Shown here piece after piece: positions 34,658 to 42,353 of a stretch of DNA of 42,353 bases. Each line of letters starts with the position of its first letter. The stretch's first letter is position 1. This DNA is from an uncultured Muribaculaceae bacterium (GTDB taxonomy: Bacteria > Bacillota_I > Bacilli_A > RF39 > UBA660), in contig CAZBKY010000001.1 in the NCBI GenBank assembly GCA_964492595.1, forward strand, positions 1 through 42,353, in the 5' to 3' direction. The notes beneath the pieces were generated by a model. The model saw nothing but the letters and a program-made list of their open reading frames with translations. It was not told the DNA's origin and did no database searches. The translations under genes and the position numbers were made by a program.

Positions 34658-34684
34658 TATTTTATGTTAAATTCATCCTATAGT
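34658..34684 (-). promoter_or_regulatory. SigK-type promoter candidate for the CotD-like gene
   Basis: The minus strand reads AC-N16-CATAAAATA, with the same -10 nonamer and spacing as upstream of the YjcZ-like pair. It ends about 26 nt upstream of the ATG. Confidence 0.45.
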
Positions 34685-34838
34685 ATAGGTGAAAAAACCA
34701 TTAAAAATGTAAACCTTTTAAACTGAAGTCACTTTTCATGACTTTTGTTCTATATCTTATTTTATTCTTTCAAGTAATATAATTTACTCTTATATTAAAA
34801 AATGTTAAAATCAAAATATGAATTAAGAGGTTTTTAAA

Positions 34839-34961
34839 ATGTATAAATTTTTAAATAATAACAAAATTTTAGTGATATCGCATATCGCAGATATTGATGG
34901 TATGGGAGGAGTAATTTTAGAAAACCTTCCATTAGACAAAAGTCAATTAAAAAAATATTAG
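34839..34961 (+). pseudogene. possible N-terminal stub of a DHH/RecJ-like phosphoesterase gene
   Basis: 40-codon ORF MYKFLNNNKILVISHIADIDGMGGVILENL..., with an H-x-D-x-DG motif-I-like segment. It then terminates, and no continuation is visible in any frame. Confidence 0.25.
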
Positions 34962-35010
34962 TTTTCATTTTCACTCATATCTACTTCTTAAAGTATAGTT
35001 TGATTCTATT

Positions 35011-36022
35011 TTAATTTTTATTTGAATTTTCCCTATTTACTTTTTTTTCTATCATTTTTATAACTTCTAAATAATCTTTTTCAGCACTACTTAAAGTTTT
35101 AGATTGATATTTTTTATACTTTTTTTCAGCTTTTTCCATAGCTTTCAAATGACTGATTTTACCTTTCCCAGATAGCAATTTTTCTCCACTCATTGTTAAA
35201 ATATTATTTAAGTGTTTAACCCAGTCAGTCATTTTCATGGAAATATGTCTTTCTGCTTGTCTTTCAGCAAAAGCCAGATATCCTTCAACTATTTGATTTA
35301 ATGTTTTTAATTCTTTTAGAGTTAGATAATTTTTAGCGGTTTTAGCCTCTATTAGTGTTTGGCTCTTCTCCTGCAAATGATATAAGTCCCATATAATCTT
35401 TTTCACTGTCAACACGTGTATATACAACTTCTGCTGCTGTATTACTGTGAACTGCATAGTGTATTTTATTTTGAACTGTTTTAAAGAATTCTATTGATGT
35501 TTTATCTTTAGGATTATAATCTATACTTGTTGCGTAAATATCTAATACCTGCCTATAAAAAACTTTTTCACTGGAACGAATGTCTCTTATTCGTTCAATT
35601 AATTCCCTCCAGTAGTTTCCCCCACCTAATTTTTTAAGTTTTTCATCGTTCATAGCAAAGCCTTTAATCATATATTCTTTTAAAACTTTTGTAGCCCATT
35701 TTCTAAATGCTATTGCTTTATTTGAATTAACTCTATAACCTATCGCAATTATCATTTCTAAATTATAAAATAATAGCCCTCTGCTGATATTTCTGTTGCC
35801 TTCTTTTTGAACTTGTCGAAAGTTTTGACAAGTTGATTTTTCTTCCAATTCTTTTGAAGAGTATATTTCTTGTATATGATGAATTATAGTATTATGTTTA
35901 ACATCAAATAACTCAGCTAATTTCTTTTGGGTAAGCCAAACATTTTCATTTTCCAGTAAAACATCAATTTTTATATTGTTGCTTTCATCGGTATAAATTA
36001 CTACATTGCTTTTATCTTCCAT
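35011..36022 (-). pseudogene. rhuM-family gene split by a frameshift
   Basis: The N-terminal ORF (36022..35342) has VVIYTDESNNIKIDVLLENENVWLTQKKLAELF...YNLEMIIAIGYRVNSNKAIAFRKWATKVLKEYMIKGF...HSNTAAEVVYTRVDSEKDYMGL. The C-terminal part continues in another frame (..AKNYLTLKELKTLNQIVEGYLAFAERQA..) from about 35370. Confidence 0.7.
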
Positions 36023-36195
36023 TATTCATCTCCTTTCAAACATATTTCGTATTATATCTATTGCTTTATAACAAGCAACCAAAAAATTTAATTCATGTTT
36101 TAATTCTAATTTAAACTATCCTCTTTCAGTTATTTTTTATATAACAAAAATATTTAATTGCCAATAATTTTAATATTCTAATTACAAATAATCCT

Positions 36196-37728
36196 TTATT
36201 TTTGGGGGTTTTTTATTCCGTGCTTCATATTTCTTAATAACATATAAATCTTAGGAAAATAATCAATTAATATTCTTTTTGCTAGTCCTCTCAAAGATTT
36301 TTTCAATTCTGCAAGAAATACAAGAACTTTTCTTGGAGTAAGAGGCCCTGTAAACCAAAAATCATAGTATCTTTCCATAAAATGCCTAAATTTAGTATCT
36401 TTAGCAAAACACCATTTATATCTTTTTACATAATATTTAAAATACCTTACCACAAAAAGCACTTCATGATCTGGAAATTGTGGCTGTTTAATAAATACTT
36501 TAGTTTTAGGGGTAATTTCTGTTAGAAAACCAGCCACTCTTGAAATATCTTCTAATTTAGTCATAGGATATGGATAAAAAATATTTGGTATCATATCATC
36601 ACTTTTTAATTTAGCATTTAGTTTTACAGTTTCAAGAGCCTTATTTAAATCTTCATAAGGTAGTCCTATAATATTATAAGTTAATACCTTTATTTTATAT
36701 TTATTAAACCACTGTGAACATCTTATCATTTGTTCATCTGTAGTATATCTTTGTAAATATTTTCTTCTTATCTCCTCGTTGCCACTTTCAAGTCCAATAT
36801 CTATTACATAACATCCAGCTTCTTTTAATTTCTTTACAGTTTCTTCTGTCACAATATCAAATCTAAGATTACAGGTAAAAGGTAATTTAATTTCCTTAAT
36901 ATATAAATCTATAAATTCTTCATACCAACCAGGATACATATTGAATATAGCATCTCTAAAATTAAGAGTATTAATATTAGGATATTTTTTTAATATCATT
37001 TTTACCAGTTCAATAGCTTTTTTAGGACTTCTAAACCTTGCATATTTTGTTTTGTTCGGATATATATTTCTAAACTGAGAATTACCACAATAAGTACAGG
37101 CATATATACATCCTCTACTCAACATAACAAGTGCTTGATTTAACCTGGTTGAATCTAAATTTTTAAAATCAAAAAGCTCGATGTCTGGAAAAGGCAACTC
37201 ATCTAAATCCTCTATTAAAGGTCTTACAGGATTTTTAATTATATCCTTCCCCTTTCTAAAATAAAAACTCTCTAAATCATAATAATCTTTACCTTCAGAC
37301 ATTCTGTTCATTAAATCAAGAGTTGGATATTCTCCCTCTCCCACACATACCGCATTTAGACCTTTAATTTTCATAAATTCATCAGGTACTAATATTGCGT
37401 GGTATCCTCCACAAAAAATAAATATACTTTTATCTACATCTCTAGTCCATTTTATTAAATCTTTACAATAATCAAATGCAGTTGTTCTAACTGTTATTCC
37501 AATTATATCGATATCTTTAAATTCTTTTAGCTTCTCTTTATATTCTTTTTCAGTATACATATGAGTTATATGCATAAGACTTGCATTATGTCCGCCTTTT
37601 TTCACAACCGCAGAAATAGAAGCTAAACCCTCATTATAACTTCCTCCTCCGCTTTTTTTATCTGTATCCTGTTCTAAAAAATCTGGATACACTAATAATA
37701 AATTTAATTTTTTATTTAACCTTTTCAT
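36196..37728 (-). CDS. B12-binding-domain radical SAM protein
   Basis: 510 aa. N-terminal Rossmann-like cobalamin-binding region (LLLVYPDF...IGITV...), a CIYACTYC CX3CX2C cluster, and GLESGN. Confidence 0.8.
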   Translation of the reverse strand: MKRLNKKLNLLLVYPDFLEQDTDKKSGGGSYNEGLASISAVVKKGGHNASLMHITHMYTEKEYKEKLKEFKDIDIIGITVRTTAFDYCKDLIKWTRDVDKSIFIFCGGYHAILVPDEFMKIKGLNAVCVGEGEYPTLDLMNRMSEGKDYYDLESFYFRKGKDIIKNPVRPLIEDLDELPFPDIELFDFKNLDSTRLNQALVMLSRGCIYACTYCGNSQFRNIYPNKTKYARFRSPKKAIELVKMILKKYPNINTLNFRDAIFNMYPGWYEEFIDLYIKEIKLPFTCNLRFDIVTEETVKKLKEAGCYVIDIGLESGNEEIRRKYLQRYTTDEQMIRCSQWFNKYKIKVLTYNIIGLPYEDLNKALETVKLNAKLKSDDMIPNIFYPYPMTKLEDISRVAGFLTEITPKTKVFIKQPQFPDHEVLFVVRYFKYYVKRYKWCFAKDTKFRHFMERYYDFWFTGPLTPRKVLVFLAELKKSLRGLAKRILIDYFPKIYMLLRNMKHGIKNPQK

Positions 37729-37783
37729 TACTACTCCTTTGTTTTTTATTATACTACTTTAAACTTGATATTCCAATTCTTTA

Positions 37784-38245
37784 CTATCTTTTTTTTCTGT
37801 AAGGGAAGTCTGCGGTATCATAAAAATACCCTTTAATCATATTTTGAATTGCCAAATCTATAAAAGTAATTATTTCAATAGGCAAATCATTAACTGGAGC
37901 CCATAATAATTCAGCACACTTATCAGGCTCCATTATTGTTGGAACTCCCAGATAATTACTTGTTTTAAAAAAGAAATTTAAATAATTATCTTCAAAATCA
38001 TGTATTACCTCTGCCAACTCTAGATCCTCTTCAATTATTGTTATCCCAAGTTTTTCATTTGCTTCTTTAATAATTTTTTGATTCAGTGATTTTCCTTCTT
38101 CTAAATAACTCCTGCAGCATAAATCATACATTTCATCTCTATACCCAGTGTTCTTTCTTTTTTGCAGCAATATCTCCTCAACTCCATTATTCACTCTTGT
38201 TAATATTAAAAATATTACACATACAGTTTTATGTCTTTCTTTCAT
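37784..38245 (-). CDS. NUDIX-fold protein with degenerate Nudix box
   Basis: 153 aa. ..ILLQKRKNTGYRDEMYDLCCRSYLEEGKSLNQKIIKEANEKLGI.. fits the fold. However, GG is replaced by CC and REuxEE by KEANEK. Confidence 0.5.
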   Translation of the reverse strand: MKERHKTVCVIFLILTRVNNGVEEILLQKRKNTGYRDEMYDLCCRSYLEEGKSLNQKIIKEANEKLGITIIEEDLELAEVIHDFEDNYLNFFFKTSNYLGVPTIMEPDKCAELLWAPVNDLPIEIITFIDLAIQNMIKGYFYDTADFPYRKKR

Positions 38246-38292
38246 TTTATTATTATCCTTTCAATTTATTTTTATTATAGATACTCCTTTTT

Positions 38293-39597
38293 TTAAAATG
38301 GCATCTTCATATTTCCGCTTTTAAATTTTTTCATCATATCTTTCATCATTTCAAACTGTTTTAATAGTTTATTTACTTCTTCTACTGATGTTCCACTTCC
38401 CTTTGCTATTCTTATTTTTCTTGTAGCCTTCAATATGTCAGGGGTTTTTCTTTCTTCGGGTGTCATAGAAAGAACAATAGCTTCAGTTCTAGCCATTATC
38501 TTAGGATCTATATTTACATTATTAAGACCCATTTTAGAAGCCCCGGGTATTAATTTTATTAAATTCTCTAAAGGACCCATTTTTTTTATCTGCTTTAAGC
38601 TTAATAGAAAATCTTCCAAATCAAATTTTCCTTTCTGAAAATTCTTGGCAGTTTTTAAAGCTTCTTCCTGATCTATAGATTCTTCAGTTTTTTCTATAAT
38701 AGATAAAATATCACCTTCTCCTATTATTCTAGTAGCCATTCTCTCAGGATCAAATTCACTTAAGCCATCAAGTTTTTCAGAATCTCCAATCAATTTTATA
38801 GGTACGTTAGTCAAATATCTTAAAGATAAAGCTACTCCGCCTTTTGTATTTCCATCCATTTTAGTAAGAATGCACCCAGTTAAATGAACTTTTTCATTAA
38901 ATCCATTAATAACATTAACTGCATCCTGTCCCATCATTGCATCTATTACTAGTATTATTTCATTAGGTTTTACTTCATTTTCAATATTGGATAATTCCAG
39001 CATTAATTCTTCATCTATTTGAAGTCTTCCGGCTGTATCAATTAATATATAATCATATCCACTCTCTTTAGCATAATTTACCCCATTCTTAGCAATATTA
39101 ACTACATCTTTATTATCTTGCGAATATACATCTATACCAAGACTTTTACCAATTTCTTTTAATTGACTAATTGCGGCTGGTCTATATATATCACATGCTA
39201 CAAAAAGAGGTTTTTTATTATATTTTTTTCTTACCAGATTACCAAGTTTGCCTATAGTTGTTGTTTTACCACTTCCCTGAAGTCCTACAAGCATAATTAT
39301 TGTAGGTTTTTTACTTGTTTCAATATCTGCTTTTTCTCCAAGTAAATTTATTATTTCATCTTTTACTATCTTAACAAATAAATCTCCTGGTCTAATACTT
39401 CTTCCAACTTCTTCTCCTAGTGCTTTTTCTTTGACTTTATCAGTAAATTCTTTAACTATTTTATAATTGACATCCGCTTCAAGCAGGCATAATCTTATTT
39501 CTCTTAAACTCTCAGTTATATTATCTTCAGTTATTTTTCCATAACCTTTGACTTTACTCAATGCCTTACTTAATTTTTCGGATAATGTTTCAAACAT
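38293..39597 (-). CDS. ffh: signal recognition particle protein Ffh
   Basis: 434 aa. GLQGSGKTTT, DTAGR and TKMDG GTPase motifs, plus a Met-rich C-terminal M domain. Confidence 0.95.
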   Translation of the reverse strand: MFETLSEKLSKALSKVKGYGKITEDNITESLREIRLCLLEADVNYKIVKEFTDKVKEKALGEEVGRSIRPGDLFVKIVKDEIINLLGEKADIETSKKPTIIMLVGLQGSGKTTTIGKLGNLVRKKYNKKPLFVACDIYRPAAISQLKEIGKSLGIDVYSQDNKDVVNIAKNGVNYAKESGYDYILIDTAGRLQIDEELMLELSNIENEVKPNEIILVIDAMMGQDAVNVINGFNEKVHLTGCILTKMDGNTKGGVALSLRYLTNVPIKLIGDSEKLDGLSEFDPERMATRIIGEGDILSIIEKTEESIDQEEALKTAKNFQKGKFDLEDFLLSLKQIKKMGPLENLIKLIPGASKMGLNNVNIDPKIMARTEAIVLSMTPEERKTPDILKATRKIRIAKGSGTSVEEVNKLLKQFEMMKDMMKKFKSGNMKMPF

Positions 39598-39834
39598 ATT
39601 AGCCTTCCTTGTATATAAATTTTATCATTTATATTAATTTGTATCAATAAAAAAGACTATAAATTTTTATTATAATCTTTAAGTTTCATTGTATGTGTTT
39701 TTAATATACAATATGTAACATTGTTTATAGCCTTGTTTAACTCTTTCTCCAATTTTATTATACTTATAAGCATCCCTCCAAATAAATAATATACCATTTA
39801 TTTTAAGGATGCATCAATATCGACAAAACTAGAA

Positions 39835-40629
39835 TTATTCTGCAGGAATTTCGATAAAACCATCTATATCTATCTTGTTAAAGTTATCAAATTCATAAGT
39901 ATAAATAACTTTTCTATAATCAAAATTCAAATTCTCATAAAGATTTGTTAAATCAAGTTTCAATCCTTTTAAATTATCTTTATCATAGTAAATATCTAAT
40001 ATAACCTCTCCGCTTACTCGCTTAATTATATCTGCATTATTATATTCATTATAAATTTCTATTACTTTCTTTGCTTCTATTTTATATCTTTTGATATCAT
40101 ATTCCTCTTCTTTTAAATCAAGTTCATATGTGTGTTGATTAATCAATTCATGAATATTTTCTATATTTATAAATGTAGTGTCATAATTATTATATATATT
40201 AGATTTTTCTTCTAAAATAAATTGATTATTTACAGCCTTATATATTTTAGAGGCATTTATATAATAAATATTATTTTCACCTCTATATGTTTTAGAAATT
40301 AATTCTTTAGTTTCGCTTTCTTTTCTAATCAGTAAATTTAATAAATCTGTATCTGCGATTATAGTTAAATCAGCATCGTAATTGTTCTCACTTAACTCTT
40401 CAAGCAAATTTTTTTCAAGGATTTTTTCATTGCTTCCTGATTTATCATTATTGTTGGCATTTGTACTTTCTTTAGGGGTATCTGCAAACTTCATAATTAC
40501 TGCAACTATTAAAATTATACAGAATATTACTCCATAAAATACCATTTCTTTTCCGCTTTTTTCTGGATCTATCGGCTTATTTACATCTGATTTTTCATTT
40601 TCCTTTTTAGATTTAAAAATATTTTTCAT
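39835..40629 (-). CDS. hypothetical membrane-anchored protein
   Basis: 264-aa ORF whose start overlaps the fmt stop by 4 nt. It has a single TM helix (MVFYGVIFCIILIVAVIM) and then a Asn/Tyr/Glu-rich domain. No family recognised. Confidence 0.55.
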   Translation of the reverse strand: MKNIFKSKKENEKSDVNKPIDPEKSGKEMVFYGVIFCIILIVAVIMKFADTPKESTNANNNDKSGSNEKILEKNLLEELSENNYDADLTIIADTDLLNLLIRKESETKELISKTYRGENNIYYINASKIYKAVNNQFILEEKSNIYNNYDTTFINIENIHELINQHTYELDLKEEEYDIKRYKIEAKKVIEIYNEYNNADIIKRVSGEVILDIYYDKDNLKGLKLDLTNLYENLNFDYRKVIYTYEFDNFNKIDIDGFIEIPAE

Positions 40630-41573
40630 TTATTAAACACCTTTCCTAAAAGATTTTCTTTCTTTTTACCGTTTATATAATCACAGGCACTCATTTCTTT
40701 TTTACCCTCCGGCTTTAATTTAGTAATTATAATTTCCCCATCAGCACATTTTACACCTATACCATCTTTATAGACATTTGTTATTTCTCCTATAGAACCT
40801 GAAACATTGCTTCCAATTTTAACTTCAAGTATTTTTATAACTTCTCCTTCAAAAATGGTATAAGCAATGGGGAAAGGATATAGTCCTCTTACTTTATTAT
40901 ATACATCTTTAACATTACGCTTAAAATCTATTAATTCATCTTCTCTTTTTATGTTATATCCATAAGTTGCATCATCATTATTCTGCCTTATGCTTTTATT
41001 AGTACCATTAAATATGCTGGGTAATGTTTTTATTAATAAATCGCTTCCAAGCTTACTTAATTTATTATGTAGAATTCCAACATTGTCAGTATCTTCTATT
41101 TTTATGGCCTCCTGTGCGATTATATTCCCCTCATCCATTTTATCATTCATATACATTATGGTTATTCCAGTTTCCTTATAACCCTCCATTATAGCGCGAT
41201 GTATGGGCGCACCCCCTCTTAATTTGGGAAGAAGGGAAGCATGTACATTTACTCCTTTATATTTGGGTTTATATAAAATTTCTTCAGGGATTATCTGACC
41301 ATAAGCACAAGTAATTATAATATCAGCATCAAAGTCCAATACTTTTTGGTAGTCATTTCTTATTTTTTCCGGTTGAAAGACTTCGATTTTATTTTTCAGT
41401 GCTACTTCTTTTATGGGTGATGGTTTCAATTCTTTATTTCTTCCTACAAAAGAATCGGGTTGAGTTACAACTAAAACAACATTTGTGTTAGAAATTAATT
41501 TTTCTAAAACCGGTACTGCAAACAAAGGTGTCCCCATAAATACAACTTTTTTATCTTTCATCTCTAAATTCAC
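40626..41573 (-). CDS. fmt: methionyl-tRNA formyltransferase
   Basis: 315 aa. VVFMGTPLFAVPVLEKL, HASLLPKLRGGAPIHRAI, and the C-terminal beta-barrel domain. The start is either GTG at 41573 or ATG at 41561. Confidence 0.9.
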   Translation of the reverse strand: MNLEMKDKKVVFMGTPLFAVPVLEKLISNTNVVLVVTQPDSFVGRNKELKPSPIKEVALKNKIEVFQPEKIRNDYQKVLDFDADIIITCAYGQIIPEEILYKPKYKGVNVHASLLPKLRGGAPIHRAIMEGYKETGITIMYMNDKMDEGNIIAQEAIKIEDTDNVGILHNKLSKLGSDLLIKTLPSIFNGTNKSIRQNNDDATYGYNIKREDELIDFKRNVKDVYNKVRGLYPFPIAYTIFEGEVIKILEVKIGSNVSGSIGEITNVYKDGIGVKCADGEIIITKLKPEGKKEMSACDYINGKKKENLLGKVFNK

Positions 41574-41976
41574 ACTCTTTTTTTGAATTAATTATTTGAG
41601 CTTCTTCAATGATTTCTTCATTAATTTCACCTTCAAATATTACTTTTAACTTGCCATTATAAATACACAAATAATCAAGTTTTTTTGTTTCCTCATCAAA
41701 TTCAGCGATATAGTTCACTGTATCTTTATTGTTTAATAAAAGTGCAGCTTTATAATAACTGTATTCTTCGATAGGAAACCCTTCTTCAATGTCTTCCTTG
41801 TTTTGTTTTATCGCCTGAAGATAAACAATATTTGCTTCTTTTTTAAAAACATTAATTTCATTAAAATTACGAATTCTCATTACTAATACAAATAATATAA
41901 TTAAAATAGTTCCTAAAATTGATGATACTGTAACTATAGAGAAAAATTTATCTTTATTTTTCATTTGTCCTCCCAA
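41551..41976 (-). CDS. hypothetical membrane-anchored protein
   Basis: 141-aa ORF between priA and fmt. It has one N-terminal TM helix (FSIVTVSSILGTILIILFVLV). No family recognised. Confidence 0.5.
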   Translation of the reverse strand: MGGQMKNKDKFFSIVTVSSILGTILIILFVLVMRIRNFNEINVFKKEANIVYLQAIKQNKEDIEEGFPIEEYSYYKAALLLNNKDTVNYIAEFDEETKKLDYLCIYNGKLKVIFEGEINEEIIEEAQIINSKKECEFRDER

Positions 41977-42017
41977 CTATTTTATTCCATATAAATATTA
42001 ACATTTTTGGATAGGTT

Positions 42018-42353
42018 TTACAATATATTGATAGGATTTATATCTATATCTATATTGACTTTTTTGCCTATATAATTATTATTGATATCACTTAGCACTT
42101 CAAACAAATTTTTTTCATGTTTATATTTTATTATTATTTGAAAATGATATTTATTTTTTAATTTAAATATTCTTGACGTTGAAGGTCCAAGAATTATAAA
42201 TGAATTATCAAGATTTTTTTCTAAGTATCCTTTTATCTTTTTAATTTCGTCTCTTGCATCTTCATAGTTTATACTTATTACCTTTAATAAAATTAAATTA
42301 AAATACGGTGGGTAATTAAGTTTTTTTCTTATCATCATCTCATAATTATAAAA
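42018..42353 (-). CDS. priA: primosomal protein N' (PriA), C-terminal part; 5' end beyond window
   Basis: The frame is open to the window edge. ..LNYPPYFNLILLKV.. and the C-terminal ..GPS.S.IFKLKNKYHFQIIIKY.. pattern are typical of the PriA C-terminal domain. Confidence 0.7.
   Translation of the reverse strand, partial: FYNYEMMIRKKLNYPPYFNLILLKVISINYEDARDEIKKIKGYLEKNLDNSFIILGPSTSRIFKLKNKYHFQIIIKYKHEKNLFEVLSDINNNYIGKKVNIDIDINPINIL

Noticed and set aside
1-42353. CRISPR arrays, rRNA genes, intact transposases or integrases, and riboswitch or T-box leaders.
   Set aside because: I saw no regularly spaced direct repeats and no rRNA-like GC-rich blocks. I saw no intact recombinase ORF, only a ~25-codon IS3 OrfA-like stub at 23435-23509. 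No long structured leaders precede the biosynthetic or transport genes present.

Overview
This is a very AT-rich chromosomal segment from an endospore-forming low-GC Firmicute. Gene content looks Clostridia- or Erysipelotrichia-like, but I cannot name the species from sequence alone. Most of the window is housekeeping genes interleaved with an unusually dense set of sporulation genes.

Sporulation genes:
- sigK (5'-truncated by the window edge) and spoVS
- spoIIAA-sigF, then two unknown genes, then spoVAC-spoVAD-spoVAE
- a PBP5-type DD-carboxypeptidase and sigH
- two tiny YjcZ-like genes that the ORF track missed, and a CotD-like coat gene
- a collagen-like BclB-type exosporium gene with a glycosyltransferase and DUF11-repeat neighbours

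Housekeeping genes: topA, scpA/scpB, ku plus a ligase-only ligD, pdp, mscL, rlmB, trxB, lgt, prsA, recX, rpoZ, ffh, fmt, and the 3' end of priA. There is one stand-alone tRNA-Ala(UGC).

I found no CRISPR array, rRNA, intact mobile element or recognisable canonical defence system. Next to the tRNA lies a decayed accessory patch with a KilA-N pseudogene and tandem rhuM-like remnants. A third frameshifted rhuM copy lies about 12 kb away.

Most interesting observations, in rough order:
1. The spoIIA-type operon has no room for the SpoIIAB anti-sigma kinase, and its SpoIIAA lacks the phospho-acceptor serine. Two unknown genes and a repeated 26-nt motif sit between sigF and spoVA.
2. A spore-surface locus combines a GT2-TPR glycosyltransferase, a BclB-like collagen protein and signal-peptide-less DUF11 proteins.
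3. recX is tightly linked to a NADAR-like gene that carries a poly-G tract at its start.
4. Identical SigK-type promoters precede the CotD-like gene and the YjcZ-like pair.
5. Four D-Ala-D-Ala-processing peptidases cluster without any van regulatory or ligase genes.

All homology statements rest on motif recognition from memory, not on database searches.
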